From contig OZ243927.1 of assembly GCA_965213925.1 (NCBI GenBank), positions 736,001-800,000 of the forward strand: DNA of 64,000 nt, in the 5' to 3' direction. Source of the DNA: Trueperaceae bacterium. GTDB lineage: Bacteria; Deinococcota; Deinococci; Deinococcales; Trueperaceae. Position numbers and translations under genes: made by a program. Shown one piece after another: positions 42,574 to 53,577 of this stretch. Each line of letters starts with the position of its first letter. Within the stretch, counting starts at the first letter, position 1. The notes under the pieces are model-generated. The model was given only the letters and a program-made list of their open reading frames with translations. It ran no database searches and was not told the origin of the DNA.

Positions 42574-43227
42574 TCAGCCCGATTCCTCCGCGTTCTCAGG
42601 CAAAAGCGCTTCGATACGCGCCATGAGTTCTTGGGTCAGGGCGCTCATCTCTTCTCTCGAGCGTCCTTGAGGTGCAATCGGCTCACCGAAGGAGACACGA
42701 AAGTTATGCCCTTCGCGCCATATGGCAGCGGGTAGGAGCGGCACGCCTGCGCGTTGCGCTAAAAACGCCGCGCCGCCGTGCGCGTCCTTATTCGCGGCTT
42801 TGCGTGTCCCCTGCGGGAAAATGCCCACTGCCAGACCCTCTTTAAGATAGCGCAGCGCCTCTTTGATCGCCCGCATGTCGCTCTTACTCCGGTCCACCGG
42901 AAAGGCCATGAGGTGCTCGGCGAGCCAGCGCATCGGCTGCGACTCGAACAGCTCTTTTTTCGCCATGAAGTGAACCTCGCGCGGTATGAGCGAGCCGATA
43001 ACGGGCGGGTCGAAGTGCGAGAAGTGGTTGCTCGCGACGACCAGACCGGGCGTTTTCGGAATGTTCTCAGCGCCGTAGACCCTGAGCCCTAAAAAGAGCC
43101 GCGCGTAGTTGCGCACGGTAAAGGCGGCGAGGTAGTAAAACCAGTGCGTGCGCAGGCGCTCAGGTGAGGTGAGGACGTTGGCTTTTCCTGCTTCTGTTTG
43201 TGTTTTCATCCGCGTTTGCGTGCTCAT
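42574..43227 (-). CDS. plsC: 1-acyl-sn-glycerol-3-phosphate acyltransferase
   Basis: NHFSHFDP, FMAKKELF and IFPQGTR motifs. Confidence 0.88.
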   Translation of the reverse strand: MSTQTRMKTQTEAGKANVLTSPERLRTHWFYYLAAFTVRNYARLFLGLRVYGAENIPKTPGLVVASNHFSHFDPPVIGSLIPREVHFMAKKELFESQPMRWLAEHLMAFPVDRSKSDMRAIKEALRYLKEGLAVGIFPQGTRKAANKDAHGGAAFLAQRAGVPLLPAAIWREGHNFRVSFGEPIAPQGRSREEMSALTQELMARIEALLPENAEESG

Positions 43228-43703
43228 CGTTTCTGCCTATCCAAATAAAGTGCGCCTAAAACACCGACTAGGGCAGTGAGCCCGTGGACGCTAAGCCAAA
43301 CTGCAGGCGTGGGGTCCCAGGGGAGGTCAACCGAGAAGAGCCGCCGCTGCGAGAGTTGCCATACGATCACCTGCGGAGTGACATAAAGCGCCGGGGAGAC
43401 GACCACGGCGGCGTAGCGCCAGGAGAATTCCAAACCTAACATGGCGAGGAGGCTCGAGCTTAGAACGACGGGTAACATCACCAACCACGCCGTCGTGCCG
43501 CTGATGAGCCCGATCGCGGGCGTGAGCAGCGCGGTGGCGTAGGCGAAGGGCATCCCGGCAAACGCGAACGCGGCGTACGAAGAAAGCAGAATGCCCAAGC
43601 TCCGGTAGAGAATCGGAATGGGCGCAACCGCGCAGACTGCTGCCAAAAGAAACAGAAAGACGCCGACGAAAAAGGTGCGGGCGGGCGGTGCGTTGCGCGT
43701 CAT
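43224..43703 (-). CDS. hypothetical integral membrane protein
   Basis: Highly hydrophobic; ATGA-coupled to plsC. Confidence 0.75.
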   Translation of the reverse strand: MTRNAPPARTFFVGVFLFLLAAVCAVAPIPILYRSLGILLSSYAAFAFAGMPFAYATALLTPAIGLISGTTAWLVMLPVVLSSSLLAMLGLEFSWRYAAVVVSPALYVTPQVIVWQLSQRRLFSVDLPWDPTPAVWLSVHGLTALVGVLGALYLDRQKR

Positions 43704-43739
43704 AAGGTGAATATAACAGGGCGGCTCATGGAGGGTGAG

Positions 43740-46601
43740 TTATGCAAGGGCGACCTCGAGCCTGTTCGCGATCGCCGGAATGCCGCGCAGATACGAGCCC
43801 GTCGAAGAGGTCTCGTGCGCCGCTACCGTCTCCGGCGTCCCTGCTGCAACCACCATGCCGCCGCGCACGCCGCCATCTGGTCCTAGATCCACAATCCAGT
43901 CCGACGTCTTGATCACGTCCATATTGTGCTCGATCACCACGAGCGTGTTGCCGCCGTCTACGAGGCGGTGCAAAACACCCAAGAGCTTCGACACGTCCTC
44001 GAAGTGCAAACCTGTGGTGGGTTCGTCCAAAATGTAGAGCGTCTTACCTGTCGAACGCTTGCCGAGTTCCGAGGCGAGCTTCACGCGCTGCGCTTCGCCG
44101 CCGGAGAGGGTCGGGGAGGGTTGCCCGATCTTGATATAGCCAAGCCCGACATCCTGCATGAGCTGGAGCTTGCGGGCGATGTTCGGGATGTTTTCGAAGA
44201 ACTCCGCGCCCTCGTCTACCGTCATCGCGAGTACGTCCGAGATGGACTTGCCGCGAATTTTAACCTCCAAGGTCTCACGGTTGTAGCGCGCGCCCTTACA
44301 GACCTCGCAGGGCACGTAGATATCAGGCAAGAAGTACATCTCGACCTTGACTGTGCCGTCGCCTTTACACGCTTCACAGCGCCCGCCCTTCACGTTGAAG
44401 GAGAAGCGCCCCGGCTTGTAGCCGCGCTTGCGCGCTTCGGGCGCGCGGGTGTAGAGGTCGCGGATGTCCGTGAAGATGCCCGTATAGGTCGCGGGGTTGC
44501 TACGCGGCGTGCGCCCGATGGGGCTCTGGTCGATTTCGATGACCTTATCCACGTGCTCGGTGCCCTGGATGCTCCTATGTGCGCCCGGTATCTCTTTGGC
44601 GCGGTAGAGCTGTTTAGCGAGCGAAGCGTGCAAGATGCGGTGCACGAGCGTGGACTTGCCCGAGCCGGATGCGCCCGTGATGCAAGTGAGCGTGCCTAAA
44701 GGAATCTCTACGTCCACATTCTGCAAGTTGTGCTCGGTCGCGCCGACGATTTTAAGCGTTTTGCCGTTGCCGTTTCTGCGCGACTCCGGCACGTCTATTT
44801 TACGCTCGCCGCGCAAGTACGCCGCCGTCAGCGAGGATTTGTCCTTCATGAGCTTGTTAGGCGTGTCCGACGCGACGACGTGACCGCCGTGGACGCCCGC
44901 ACCCGGTCCCAAGTCCACGATGTAGTCCGAGGCGCGCATCGTCTCCTCGTCGTGCTCGACGACGATAAGCGTGTTGCCTAAGTCGCGCAGCGAGAGGAGC
45001 GTTTTGAGGAGCCTCGAGTTATCCCGAGGGTGCAGCCCAATCGAAGGCTCGTCCAGCACGTAGAGTACGCCCGTTAAACCGCTGCCGACTTGTGTTGCCA
45101 GACGAATCCGCTGCGCCTCACCGCCTGAAAGCGTATTCGCGCTCCGGTCTAACGTGAGGTAGTCCAGCCCGACGTTCTCCAAAAAGCCTAAACGAGAGCC
45201 CACCTCACGCATGATGGGCGCGGCAATCGCGCCGCCTGGTCCCTCTAAGTCCAACGTCCTAAAGAAGTCCCCAGCCTCCAGTACCGTCATCCCTGACAAG
45301 TCCGCGACGTTTTTGCCCGCCACCGTCACCGCTAAGACTTCCGGCTTGTAGCGCGTGCCGCCGCACTTGGGACAAGGAACTAGAGACATAAACGCTTCGA
45401 TCTTTTCCCGCGCGTAGTCCGAGGTGGACTCTTTGTAGCGACGCTCGAGGTTCGGAATGACTCCCTCGAACTCCGCGTTGAAGCGCATCGTCTCTTTGCC
45501 GCCGCGCTTGTAGACGACCTCGATGGCGTCATCGGAGCCGTTCAGGACCGTTTTCTGCGCCTTTTTGGGCAGGTCTTCCCAAGGCGTCGTGAGGTCGAAG
45601 TCCATATGTTCCGAGAGCGCCTTGAGGCGGTCCCAGTAGAAGACCTTGGAACCATCGTTTTTGCCCTGGCTCCAGGCGGCGATGGCACCTTTGCCGATCG
45701 AGAGCGTTTCGTCCGGCACGATAAGTTTAGGGTCGAACTCCTGCTTGAAGCCTAAGCCCGTGCAGTGTCCGCACGCTCCGTAGGGGCTGTTGAAGGAGAA
45801 GGCGCGGGGCTCGAGTTCTTCTAACGCCGTGCCGTGCTCCGGGCAAGCGAAGCGCTCGCTGAAGAGTTCGTCGTTATTCTTGTCGGGTAAAAAGACGCGC
45901 ATCAACCCTTCGCCCTTTTGCAGCGCCAACTCGACGGACTCCGCCATCCTCGAGCGGTCCTCAGAGCTTACCTTGATGCGGTCCACCACCACGTCGATGT
46001 CGTGCTTCTCGTACTTCTCCAAGCTGAGCTTGAGCGCCTCATCCAGCGTCTGCACGTCGTCGTCCACACGAACCCGCGCGAAGCCCTCCTTTTTAAGTCC
46101 TTCGAAGAGCTTTTTGTATTCACCCTTACGTCCGCGCACAAGAGGCGCAAGGATGAGCGCCCGCTCGCCCTCAAAACGCTCTAAAAGTCTGTCCACAATC
46201 TCTGTGGCGGATTGCTTCTCGATGGGACGTCCGCAGACCGGGCAGTGGGGTTTGCCCGCCCTCGCGAACAAAAGGCGCAAGTAGTCGTGAATCTCCGTGA
46301 CCGTACCGACCGTCGAGCGCGGGTTGTGACTCGTCGTCTTCTGGTCGATGCTGATCGCGGGCGACAAGCCCTCGATGGAGTCCACGTCGGGCTTGTCCAT
46401 CAGTCCTAAGAACTGCCGCGCATACGCCGATAAGCTCTCGACGTAGCGCCGCTGCCCTTCGGCGTAGATGGTGTCAAACGCTAAGGTGGACTTACCCGAG
46501 CCCGACACGCCCGTAAAGACGATAAAGGCGTTGCGGGGGAGTTCGATGTGGACATCTTTGAGGTTGTGCTCTCTTGCGCCGCGAACGATGAGGTTTTGCA
46601 A
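43740..46601 (-). CDS. uvrA: excinuclease ABC subunit A
   Basis: GAREHNLK, two Walker A/LSGGEAQR pairs, zinc fingers and [14 protein letters not shown]. Confidence 0.98.
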   Translation of the reverse strand: MQNLIVRGAREHNLKDVHIELPRNAFIVFTGVSGSGKSTLAFDTIYAEGQRRYVESLSAYARQFLGLMDKPDVDSIEGLSPAISIDQKTTSHNPRSTVGTVTEIHDYLRLLFARAGKPHCPVCGRPIEKQSATEIVDRLLERFEGERALILAPLVRGRKGEYKKLFEGLKKEGFARVRVDDDVQTLDEALKLSLEKYEKHDIDVVVDRIKVSSEDRSRMAESVELALQKGEGLMRVFLPDKNNDELFSERFACPEHGTALEELEPRAFSFNSPYGACGHCTGLGFKQEFDPKLIVPDETLSIGKGAIAAWSQGKNDGSKVFYWDRLKALSEHMDFDLTTPWEDLPKKAQKTVLNGSDDAIEVVYKRGGKETMRFNAEFEGVIPNLERRYKESTSDYAREKIEAFMSLVPCPKCGGTRYKPEVLAVTVAGKNVADLSGMTVLEAGDFFRTLDLEGPGGAIAAPIMREVGSRLGFLENVGLDYLTLDRSANTLSGGEAQRIRLATQVGSGLTGVLYVLDEPSIGLHPRDNSRLLKTLLSLRDLGNTLIVVEHDEETMRASDYIVDLGPGAGVHGGHVVASDTPNKLMKDKSSLTAAYLRGERKIDVPESRRNGNGKTLKIVGATEHNLQNVDVEIPLGTLTCITGASGSGKSTLVHRILHASLAKQLYRAKEIPGAHRSIQGTEHVDKVIEIDQSPIGRTPRSNPATYTGIFTDIRDLYTRAPEARKRGYKPGRFSFNVKGGRCEACKGDGTVKVEMYFLPDIYVPCEVCKGARYNRETLEVKIRGKSISDVLAMTVDEGAEFFENIPNIARKLQLMQDVGLGYIKIGQPSPTLSGGEAQRVKLASELGKRSTGKTLYILDEPTTGLHFEDVSKLLGVLHRLVDGGNTLVVIEHNMDVIKTSDWIVDLGPDGGVRGGMVVAAGTPETVAAHETSSTGSYLRGIPAIANRLEVALA

Positions 46602-47254
46602 GGTTTCTCCCTAGGTGGTTATGTTAGCGTGTCTTTCTATCTTGCTCGAAGTAATTGCTTGAACGAGGCGTCTTTTGAACATAGAGCTGCTAGAGGCTGC
46701 GCCAAAACGCGCCCTGAGTGAATAGCGTAGCGAAGGTCAGTCTGGATCATAGCTGTCTGAGTCGTAACGTGGGCTGGGCACGTGGGCTCTAACAAATATA
46801 GAAGTATACCAGAGCGCGGCGGGGTAGGGGTAGTCTGCCTAGCGCAAAGGCGCTGAGTTCGCTATGAAAAACTCAACATGAAATAGCAGGTTACTTCGTA
46901 AGCTTCGCGCAATCAAAGTCTGTCTCGCAAAGCTCGGTTCACGAAGTTTCTGCGTAGCAGCGGTGGTCAGAGTGTACGAAGTCCTTCCCGGTTACACCGT
47001 TTTCGCGAATGCGAAAGGAAAACTTCGTTTGCGTAGCCCTTACTTCGTAACACTGCGCACACCTTCGGGAGAAGCGAAGCAACGCTCTTACTGTAGAAAA
47101 CACAGTTCAGCACGAACGTTCAGGGATGAAGTTCCGTTACAGCAAAGTTGTGAAATCTGCGCTCATCTATCTCAGTATATCTTGGAGGCGCTAAAAAACC
47201 GACATTCGCTCTATAGAATGTCAGTTGGGGCTCGAGCCCGACTCGGTTATGTTC

Positions 47255-47530
47255 TTAGTGTGGCTTCGGCGAGTCTTCCTTCGCAATCACGAACTCGTAT
47301 TTGAGCAAAAGTGCGCCGATGAACGCGATGATGACAAGCGGCGCTGCTACCATGACGAGAACGAGAACAACGAGCCCGGCGAGCAGCAGCGGCGTGCTGA
47401 GGCGCGTTTCGCCCTCTTTGTCCTTGACGATAAAAAGCCTGCGCTCCGTGCCCAGGCGCGCGTAGATTTGCTTCTCAGCGTCCCTGGCTAAAACGCTCGT
47501 ACGCTCCCATATCCTTTTGACTTCGTCCAT
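47255..47530 (-). CDS. DUF4342-like protein (divergent paralogue)
   Basis: RRLFIVKDKEGET.L..PL..G plus a hydrophobic tail, similar to the upstream gene. Confidence 0.6.
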   Translation of the reverse strand: MDEVKRIWERTSVLARDAEKQIYARLGTERRLFIVKDKEGETRLSTPLLLAGLVVLVLVMVAAPLVIIAFIGALLLKYEFVIAKEDSPKPH

Positions 47531-47546
47531 AAAGACAATCTACTCG

Positions 47547-47927
47547 CTAAACGGCTGTCGGGCTGTCGTGTGAAGAGTTAGAGGGCGCTTTGTCCAAAAG
47601 CTTATCGGACGCCGAGGAGGTCTCCGCCATCTTGAAGTCCTCTATGCGCCGCTCTACAGACAGCGTCAAGTTCGCCGCGAGCGCCGCAATCGCGCCGACG
47701 CCCGCCCATACGGGTAGAAGCAGCGTACCGACGACGCCCGCCGTCAGCGGAATCTCGATGAGCGTTTTGCCCTCGTCGTTCTTGAGGATGATGCGGCGCA
47801 CGTTGCCCTCGCGCAAAAGTTCGCGGATTTTTACCGTGAGCGTCTCACCACTCATGTGAAACTCTTCGGTGACGGTTTTTCTATCCTCATTTTGACCTGC
47901 CTCGTGATAGTTGCTGTTCTCGTCCAT
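47547..47927 (-). CDS. DUF4342 domain protein
   Basis: ELLREGNVRRIILKN.EGKTLIEIPLTAGV. Confidence 0.85.
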   Translation of the reverse strand: MDENSNYHEAGQNEDRKTVTEEFHMSGETLTVKIRELLREGNVRRIILKNDEGKTLIEIPLTAGVVGTLLLPVWAGVGAIAALAANLTLSVERRIEDFKMAETSSASDKLLDKAPSNSSHDSPTAV

Positions 47928-48083
47928 TTTATCCTCCTTTATTTCCCGGAGTATAGACCTGGAGTAGAGGGGGTGTCATCACACTAAAGGTGGAGGATAG
48001 AAGGAGGAGAAAAGTTGAAAAGGACTGAGTACTGAGTTCTCTACACTCAGTCCCTCGGTCCTGCGGAAAACGTAACGGTCCTA

Positions 48084-49107
48084 TTAAGCATTTTGAAGCT
48101 GCTCGGCGACCGCGTCCCTTACCGCTTCATAGAGGTGCGCCCGGTCCTTTCGCCGGGGCGCGCGCCGCCACCACGTTATCGTCGCCGAAGCGTTGCAGGG
48201 CGAGCACGCTCGTTTCCGAGGCGATAAGGAGTTCTTGTAACTTGCCGCCTGCAGGCTCGCTGTAGCCTGAGAAGAGCGCCTTAACTTCTCTGAAAAGCGT
48301 GTCCGAGTCGCCATAGCCTTGGCTGGGGCTGCCGCCCATCAAGTAGCCTGTCGTTACGGCGCTCACGCTCGGGCAGGCGTCGCGCACCGCGTCTATGAGG
48401 TCCTGATAGCGCCGCTGCTCGTCGGCTAAGCGGGCGGCTTCGGTCATCGCGGTGGTGACGGGCAGGTTAATGGTCGGGCGTGAGGGCGACGTGAAGGGCT
48501 GCACCTGAAACTCGGTGTTTTCCAAGATGAGGACGAGCGCGAGCGCGGGCAGTCCGCTCAGCGCGTTCTGTCCCTGTTTCGCTTCGGCGTGCGCCAGGAT
48601 GCCGTTATTGACGTAAACCCGCGCGGTATCGTCGCCGAAAGAGAGGAGGGCGCTCTGTTTGGCGATGCCCATCATCTCCAGAATGTCGGCAATCGCTACA
48701 AGCGAGGTGTTGCCCGAGAGCATGGAGGTGGTGAAGCGCTTATCGGGTTGCGCCGCGTCAGGCGCGCTCAGCACGTCTTGACCGGGTTTGGGAAGCTGGT
48801 CAAGCTTGAGGGGATAGTCCAGTACTGCGCTGGGCTGCTCGCCGCGCAACGTGCCGTCGCTGCCGGGCGCACGGACGAGGTAGAAGGGCACGCCTTCGGC
48901 TAAGCGCTTCGTCCAGGCTAAGAAGCCCGACGCGCTCGCGCCGCGCAGGTCCTCGTCGCAGAAGACGGCGTCGTAGAGCTTGGTGCGCAGGTTCTCCACG
49001 GCGGCCTTGGGGTCTTGTGCAACGTCGAGGTGCCAGTCAACGGTCTCGAGCGCCTTCTGAATATGAGTAAGACGACTGTACGTCGTCGCGATAACAAGTG
49101 CCTGCAC
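48084..49107 (-). CDS. REC-like + DUF4388 + roadblock-like protein, apparent 3' frameshift
   Basis: YDAVFCDEDL receiver-like motif and LSGNTSLV.IADILEM (DUF4388). GGAGG RBS before the GTG at 49107. One extra A near 48149 diverts the natural-looking end RAHLYEAVRDAVAEQLQNA*. Confidence 0.65.
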
Positions 49108-49627
49108 GAGAAATTCCTCCGAAGATATTACGTAAAGATACGCGAAGATACGCAAAAATCTTTTCCATTGTAGAGGAGAGGCGCAGACGACGACGTGGGA
49201 TTCTAGGCTTTATGGCAGGTGTCACATTCCACCCTGGTTTCTGCCGTCCAGACGTCGTTTTGAGGCACGTCGACTCGAGTATTGAGCTGCAAGAGAAGTG
49301 CCGCCAAGTTTACCCTTCTTCGCCCCACCGAGAAAGTCATAGACTGTGCTCGCGAGCTGCCCTTAGGGACGAGCACTTTGGCAGGGATAAATGTGCAAGA
49401 TTCGAAGGAGTTCACAAGAATTCCGATTGATTTGCTGTCATTCGCACTTGCGAAACGAATAGAGCGTCTAGAATATCATCGAGAAAAACGTTCGATGATA
49501 TGGAGTTAAGCGGAATTCGTGCGAGTGGTTTTGTCAAAGCTCCGGGTCGCGCGGCTTTTACTGCCATGTACGCTTCCACTAACTGAAGTGGCGCGACTGC
49601 CACGTAGCTGCGGCTTGTAGTGCTAGC

Positions 49628-50404
49628 TCAAGCCGCGACTAGCAAAACCTGACTCAGCGCGTCTAGCATCTCTTCTGCGCAGCTATAGCGTTCGCAGGGA
49701 CCGTGCGAAAGCGCTTTTTTGATAAGAGGTTCTAAGGGTGCAGCTTCGCTAGGCAGGGGTTCCAGTTCGACCGACGGGTCGTTCATAAGAAAACGAAAGA
49801 CGTTCTTGCCGTAGGGGGGACCGCCCGTTACCATGTGATAGAGCACCGCGCCCACGGCGTAGAGGTCGCTTCTGGGGTCGTGCCGCTCGCCGGCGAACTG
49901 CTCGGGCGGCATGTAGTTCGGCGTACCTAGAGACACACCCTGCTGCGTGATCGCCGCGAGCGCCAAATCTTTGGCGAAGCCAAAGTCGGTTAGGAGCGCC
50001 TTCTCGCCGTTGATGAGGATATTGGAGGGCTTGACGTCGCAGTGGATGACGTCGTTTTTGTGGGCGTAGGCGAGAGCGTGAAGCACGTCGGTGGCGATTT
50101 TGATACTGCGCTCTAAGCTGAGCGTGCCCTTATCTAGCGCTCCCTCTAACGTAATGCCGGGGCAGTACGAAAAGATGAGGCTCATATCCTGCACAGCTAA
50201 AAGAGGTACGATATTATCATGTTCCAAAAAGGTGACGACGGCAGCTTCGCGTCCTAGACGGTTGGCGAGCGAAGGCGAGCCGCCTTTAAGTTCCTTGACG
50301 ACCACGAGCTTATCTTGCCAGCGGGCCAACTCGACCCTCATCGGTCCGTTGTCAGATAGTACGCGGATGGGTGTAAACATTGCCATAAGATTATCATGTT
50401 TCAC
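49628..50404 (-). CDS. minimal Ser/Thr protein kinase
   Basis: VVVK, HCDVKPSN, TDFG, GTPNYMPPE and SDLY motifs; no glycine-rich loop; start uncertain. Confidence 0.88.
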   Translation of the reverse strand: MKHDNLMAMFTPIRVLSDNGPMRVELARWQDKLVVVKELKGGSPSLANRLGREAAVVTFLEHDNIVPLLAVQDMSLIFSYCPGITLEGALDKGTLSLERSIKIATDVLHALAYAHKNDVIHCDVKPSNILINGEKALLTDFGFAKDLALAAITQQGVSLGTPNYMPPEQFAGERHDPRSDLYAVGAVLYHMVTGGPPYGKNVFRFLMNDPSVELEPLPSEAAPLEPLIKKALSHGPCERYSCAEEMLDALSQVLLVAA

Positions 50405-50443
50405 ATCTTAATAATCTTCATAGACGACGTAAAATTTCTTACT

Positions 50444-52666
50444 TTAAGGCGTGAGGCGCAAGCGTATTGCCCCTTCGTGGTGCGTTTGCGAGACGCTAGT
50501 ACCGTGAGCGTGAAGTTTCTCTAAAACACCTGTGTGCGGATGCCCGTAGCCGTTTCGTCCGTAGGAAAGAACCGCCCGCTCGGGTCGCGCTGCGTGAAGT
50601 AGCGCTTCGGAAGTCGAGTGCTTCGAGCCGTGGTGCGCCACCATTAAGATATCGACGTCGGGGACAAATAGCTCTTTTTCGACTCCGCTCGAGAGGTCGC
50701 CCAGGAAGAGCGCTTTCGTCCCCCGAACGTTCAGCACGAAGGCGACCGAGTTGTCGTTGTCTTTCTCGTAGGGTATGGGGGGCGGGTTGAGTATCTCGAG
50801 CTTCGCCTCACCTACGCTCAGCCTCTCGCCTCGCGTCACCTGCATCACTTGAGTCCCTTGGCGCGCCGCCGCCGCCATGAGCGCATCGAAAACAGGCTTT
50901 CCCGGCGTCGGCACGCCGATGAGGAGCGTCTGCACAGGCACCGCCTCCAACACGCTGACGAGCCCTTCGATGTGGTCCGTGTCGGGGTGCGAGGCGACGA
51001 CGAGTTCTAGCTCGTCCACCCCTTGCGCTCTGAGCGCGGGGAGTACCGTCCTTGCGCCCACGTCGAAGTCGCTGAAAGGCGTCCCGCCCCCGTCCACCAA
51101 AATCTCTACGCGCCCCGGCAACCGCACGAGCACGCTGTCGCCTTGTCCCACGTCGAGGAAAACTAACTCTGGCACCTCACCATCAGCGGTCACGGCTGAG
51201 CTGAGTACCACTACCGTGACGACGAGCAGCCCGCGCCAGGGGCGCAGGTATCCCCTTACGGCGAGCACAAAGGCGAACGCGCCGACCGCGTAGAAGGCGT
51301 AGCCGAGCGGCGCGATTTCGCCCCAGATGAGCACGGGAAGCCCCGCCGCTGCGTCCGCCAAGCGCAGGAGGGCGCTGGCCAAAAAACCCGTGATGAGGTT
51401 GAGCGCGCCTGCGAGCGAGAGGGAGACCAGACCGAGCAGACCCGCCAAGAACCCGAGCGGCACGAGCAGCGTGGCTAGGGGAATCGCGACGACGTTGACG
51501 AGCGGGCTGAAGAGCGGCACGACGCCGAAGGTGCTCGCCACTAGCGGCAGGCTCAGCGCTTGCGCGGCGACGCTGACGATGACGCTACCCAGCAGGAGGA
51601 CCCTAGGACGCCACCACTCGAGCCCCTCCCCCAGCAAACGCTTCGTCAAGGGTTCGGTGAGCAGCAAGATACCGGTGACCGCCAGATAGGAGAGCTGAAA
51701 CGAGAGGTCGAAGAGCCAAGCGGGATGCCATAAAAGCGTGATGAGCGCCGCCAACGAGAGCGAAGACCAGGGCTCGATGCGCCCGCTCCCTAGCCAGAGC
51801 GACGCGAGCACCGCCCCGACCATCAAGCTCGCCCGCAGCACGCTCGGGCTCGAGCCGACGAGCAGCACGAACCCGACGAGCATCACCATCATGACCGGAT
51901 AGCGCCGCTGCCCCAGCGGACGGAGCGACCAGCCGACCGCGCCGACCAAGATGCCCACGTGCAATCCCGAAAGCGCCAGGATATGCGCCAGACCGCTTCG
52001 CGCGAAGACCTCTCGCAGCTCGCCTAGCCCGTCACGGATGCCCAGCGTCATCGCTTGCATGAGGGCGGCGGGGCGTTCGTCCAAACCTGCGATGACGCCG
52101 CGCTGCAGTCTCCCTTTCAGCGTTCGGGTCGGCGCGGCGTCCACGACCTCTTCGATATAGAGCTGCCCTTTAATATTGCGCCTCGTCAGATAGGCGCGGT
52201 AGTCGAAGCCGCCGGGATTGCGCTTGCCCGCCGCCTCTTGCAAGGTGCCCTGTACCGTCACGCGGCCCGCCGAGACGGTGCCGGAAGGGGACAGGGCGAC
52301 CCTCACGCCCCTGACGCTTGCGGGTTGCTCGAGCCGCAAGTACCGCCCGTCGCTCACCCCCGAAAAGGTCATCTCCTCGCCCAGCAAGGGCGTAAGTGGG
52401 TTGGGCTGCGCCTCCCACGCGCTGTAACGGACGCCGCCGAGCGGCGCGAGAAACACGAGGACCACAAGAAGCACCTGACCTCTTGTGTATGCGAATGCCG
52501 CCAAGAGGCTCGAGCCGACGAGCGTCAACCAAAGAGGGACATTCAAGCCCGCCAACACGACGCCTACAGCGAGGCAGAGCGCCGCCGGAACCGACCAGGG
52601 CGCGAAAGCTCCAACCTCTGCCGATTCCTCTAGCTGCCCGTCTAACGTTGCTGGCGCGGTGCTCAT
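50444..52666 (-). CDS. comEC: DNA uptake channel ComEC/Rec2
   Basis: RNPGGFDY, HILALSGLHVG, SFQLSY, DVGQGD and HHGS motifs. Confidence 0.96.
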   Translation of the reverse strand: MSTAPATLDGQLEESAEVGAFAPWSVPAALCLAVGVVLAGLNVPLWLTLVGSSLLAAFAYTRGQVLLVVLVFLAPLGGVRYSAWEAQPNPLTPLLGEEMTFSGVSDGRYLRLEQPASVRGVRVALSPSGTVSAGRVTVQGTLQEAAGKRNPGGFDYRAYLTRRNIKGQLYIEEVVDAAPTRTLKGRLQRGVIAGLDERPAALMQAMTLGIRDGLGELREVFARSGLAHILALSGLHVGILVGAVGWSLRPLGQRRYPVMMVMLVGFVLLVGSSPSVLRASLMVGAVLASLWLGSGRIEPWSSLSLAALITLLWHPAWLFDLSFQLSYLAVTGILLLTEPLTKRLLGEGLEWWRPRVLLLGSVIVSVAAQALSLPLVASTFGVVPLFSPLVNVVAIPLATLLVPLGFLAGLLGLVSLSLAGALNLITGFLASALLRLADAAAGLPVLIWGEIAPLGYAFYAVGAFAFVLAVRGYLRPWRGLLVVTVVVLSSAVTADGEVPELVFLDVGQGDSVLVRLPGRVEILVDGGGTPFSDFDVGARTVLPALRAQGVDELELVVASHPDTDHIEGLVSVLEAVPVQTLLIGVPTPGKPVFDALMAAAARQGTQVMQVTRGERLSVGEAKLEILNPPPIPYEKDNDNSVAFVLNVRGTKALFLGDLSSGVEKELFVPDVDILMVAHHGSKHSTSEALLHAARPERAVLSYGRNGYGHPHTGVLEKLHAHGTSVSQTHHEGAIRLRLTP

Positions 52667-53163
52667 AACTTGACGAGTGGACGCAGCTTCTCCAACGTCA
52701 CCGCGCCGATGCCCGGAACGTTCAAGAGGTCTTCGACGCTCGAGAAAGGCCGCCTCGCCACGATGCGCTCCGCCAGCGCCGGACCGATGCCGGGCAGGCG
52801 GTCTAAGTCTCCTTCACTCGCCGAGTTGAGGCTGATACGCGCTTCGCCCGCCGCCGTTTGCTGGCTCGGGACGAAGACCGCGCCTCCCGCTGTAAGGGGC
52901 GCGGCGGGGTTGATGAGGGTCGTTTCTGCCTCCGACGAGAGCCCGCCCGCTGCTGCGATGAGGTCTTGCAGCCTCGAGCCCCAGGCGAGTGTGTAGACCC
53001 CCGGCGAACGCACCGCACCTGAAATCGACACCGTAATGTCGGGCTGCACCCGCTCAATCTCGACGCGCTGAACGGTGAGCCGAGGGGCTAAGTTGAGACC
53101 GACGAGCAAGGCGCAAACCGCCACGAGGCTCCAGGTGATGAGGTTTTCTCGGCGCGACGTCAC
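52663..53163 (-). CDS. comEA: competence DNA-binding protein ComEA
   Basis: SLBB domain (GAVRSPGVY) plus HhH (LPGIGP, VPGIG); coupled to comEC. Confidence 0.93.
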   Translation of the reverse strand: MTSRRENLITWSLVAVCALLVGLNLAPRLTVQRVEIERVQPDITVSISGAVRSPGVYTLAWGSRLQDLIAAAGGLSSEAETTLINPAAPLTAGGAVFVPSQQTAAGEARISLNSASEGDLDRLPGIGPALAERIVARRPFSSVEDLLNVPGIGAVTLEKLRPLVKL

Positions 53164-53304
53164 CTGAGAAGTTTACGGCGCTAGAACACGCCGAGCCGCG
53201 AAAAATTTGGGTTAAGACTCCGTGAGGTGCTCGAGTGAAGTTGCCGACACTTAGAGGTGGGAGGCTCGAGCACCGAATTTAGGATTTGATATGGCGATAA
53301 CTGA

Positions 53305-53493
53305 GTACACCGTAAACTAAGTATTGATACTTTTTACCGATGTCACCCTGTTCACGAAGTCGGGCGTAAGCCTTGCGAATGCGTAAGGGTCTCGTCTCTC
53401 AATCTCGGCTAGACAAGAAAGCGAATTCAGAGATTCTTACGCTCCACTGCGTTTCGCTCAGAATGACATCACTCATTCTTTAGTTGACAGTAC
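53305..53493. repeat. TGTCA...TGACA palindromic element inside MITE-like ends
   Basis: TGTCACCCTG...AGATTCTTACG...TTCGCTCAGAATGACA (53341-53468), flanked by GTACACCGTAAACTAAG / CTTTAGTTGACAGTAC; a related partial copy lies at 54439-54507. Confidence 0.65.
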
Positions 53494-53530
53494 AGTGTAG
53501 TTGTATCCGGTCATCTCTATAAATAACAAA

Positions 53531-53559
53531 GAAGGCTCAAGTAACTGTCTCGAGCCTTC
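53531..53559 (-). terminator. putative sodA terminator
   Basis: GAAGGCTCAAG...CTCGAGCCTTC stem with an A-rich left flank. Confidence 0.65.
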
Positions 53560-53577
53560 AGTGCGAGTATTTAGGGC

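Noticed and set aside
46602..46860. Deinococcal RDRM box upstream of uvrA
   Set aside because: No convincing 17-bp palindrome by eye; a PWM scan is needed.
46963..47304. 113-aa plus-strand ORF
   Set aside because: It runs through repeat modules and has no RBS or protein-like features.
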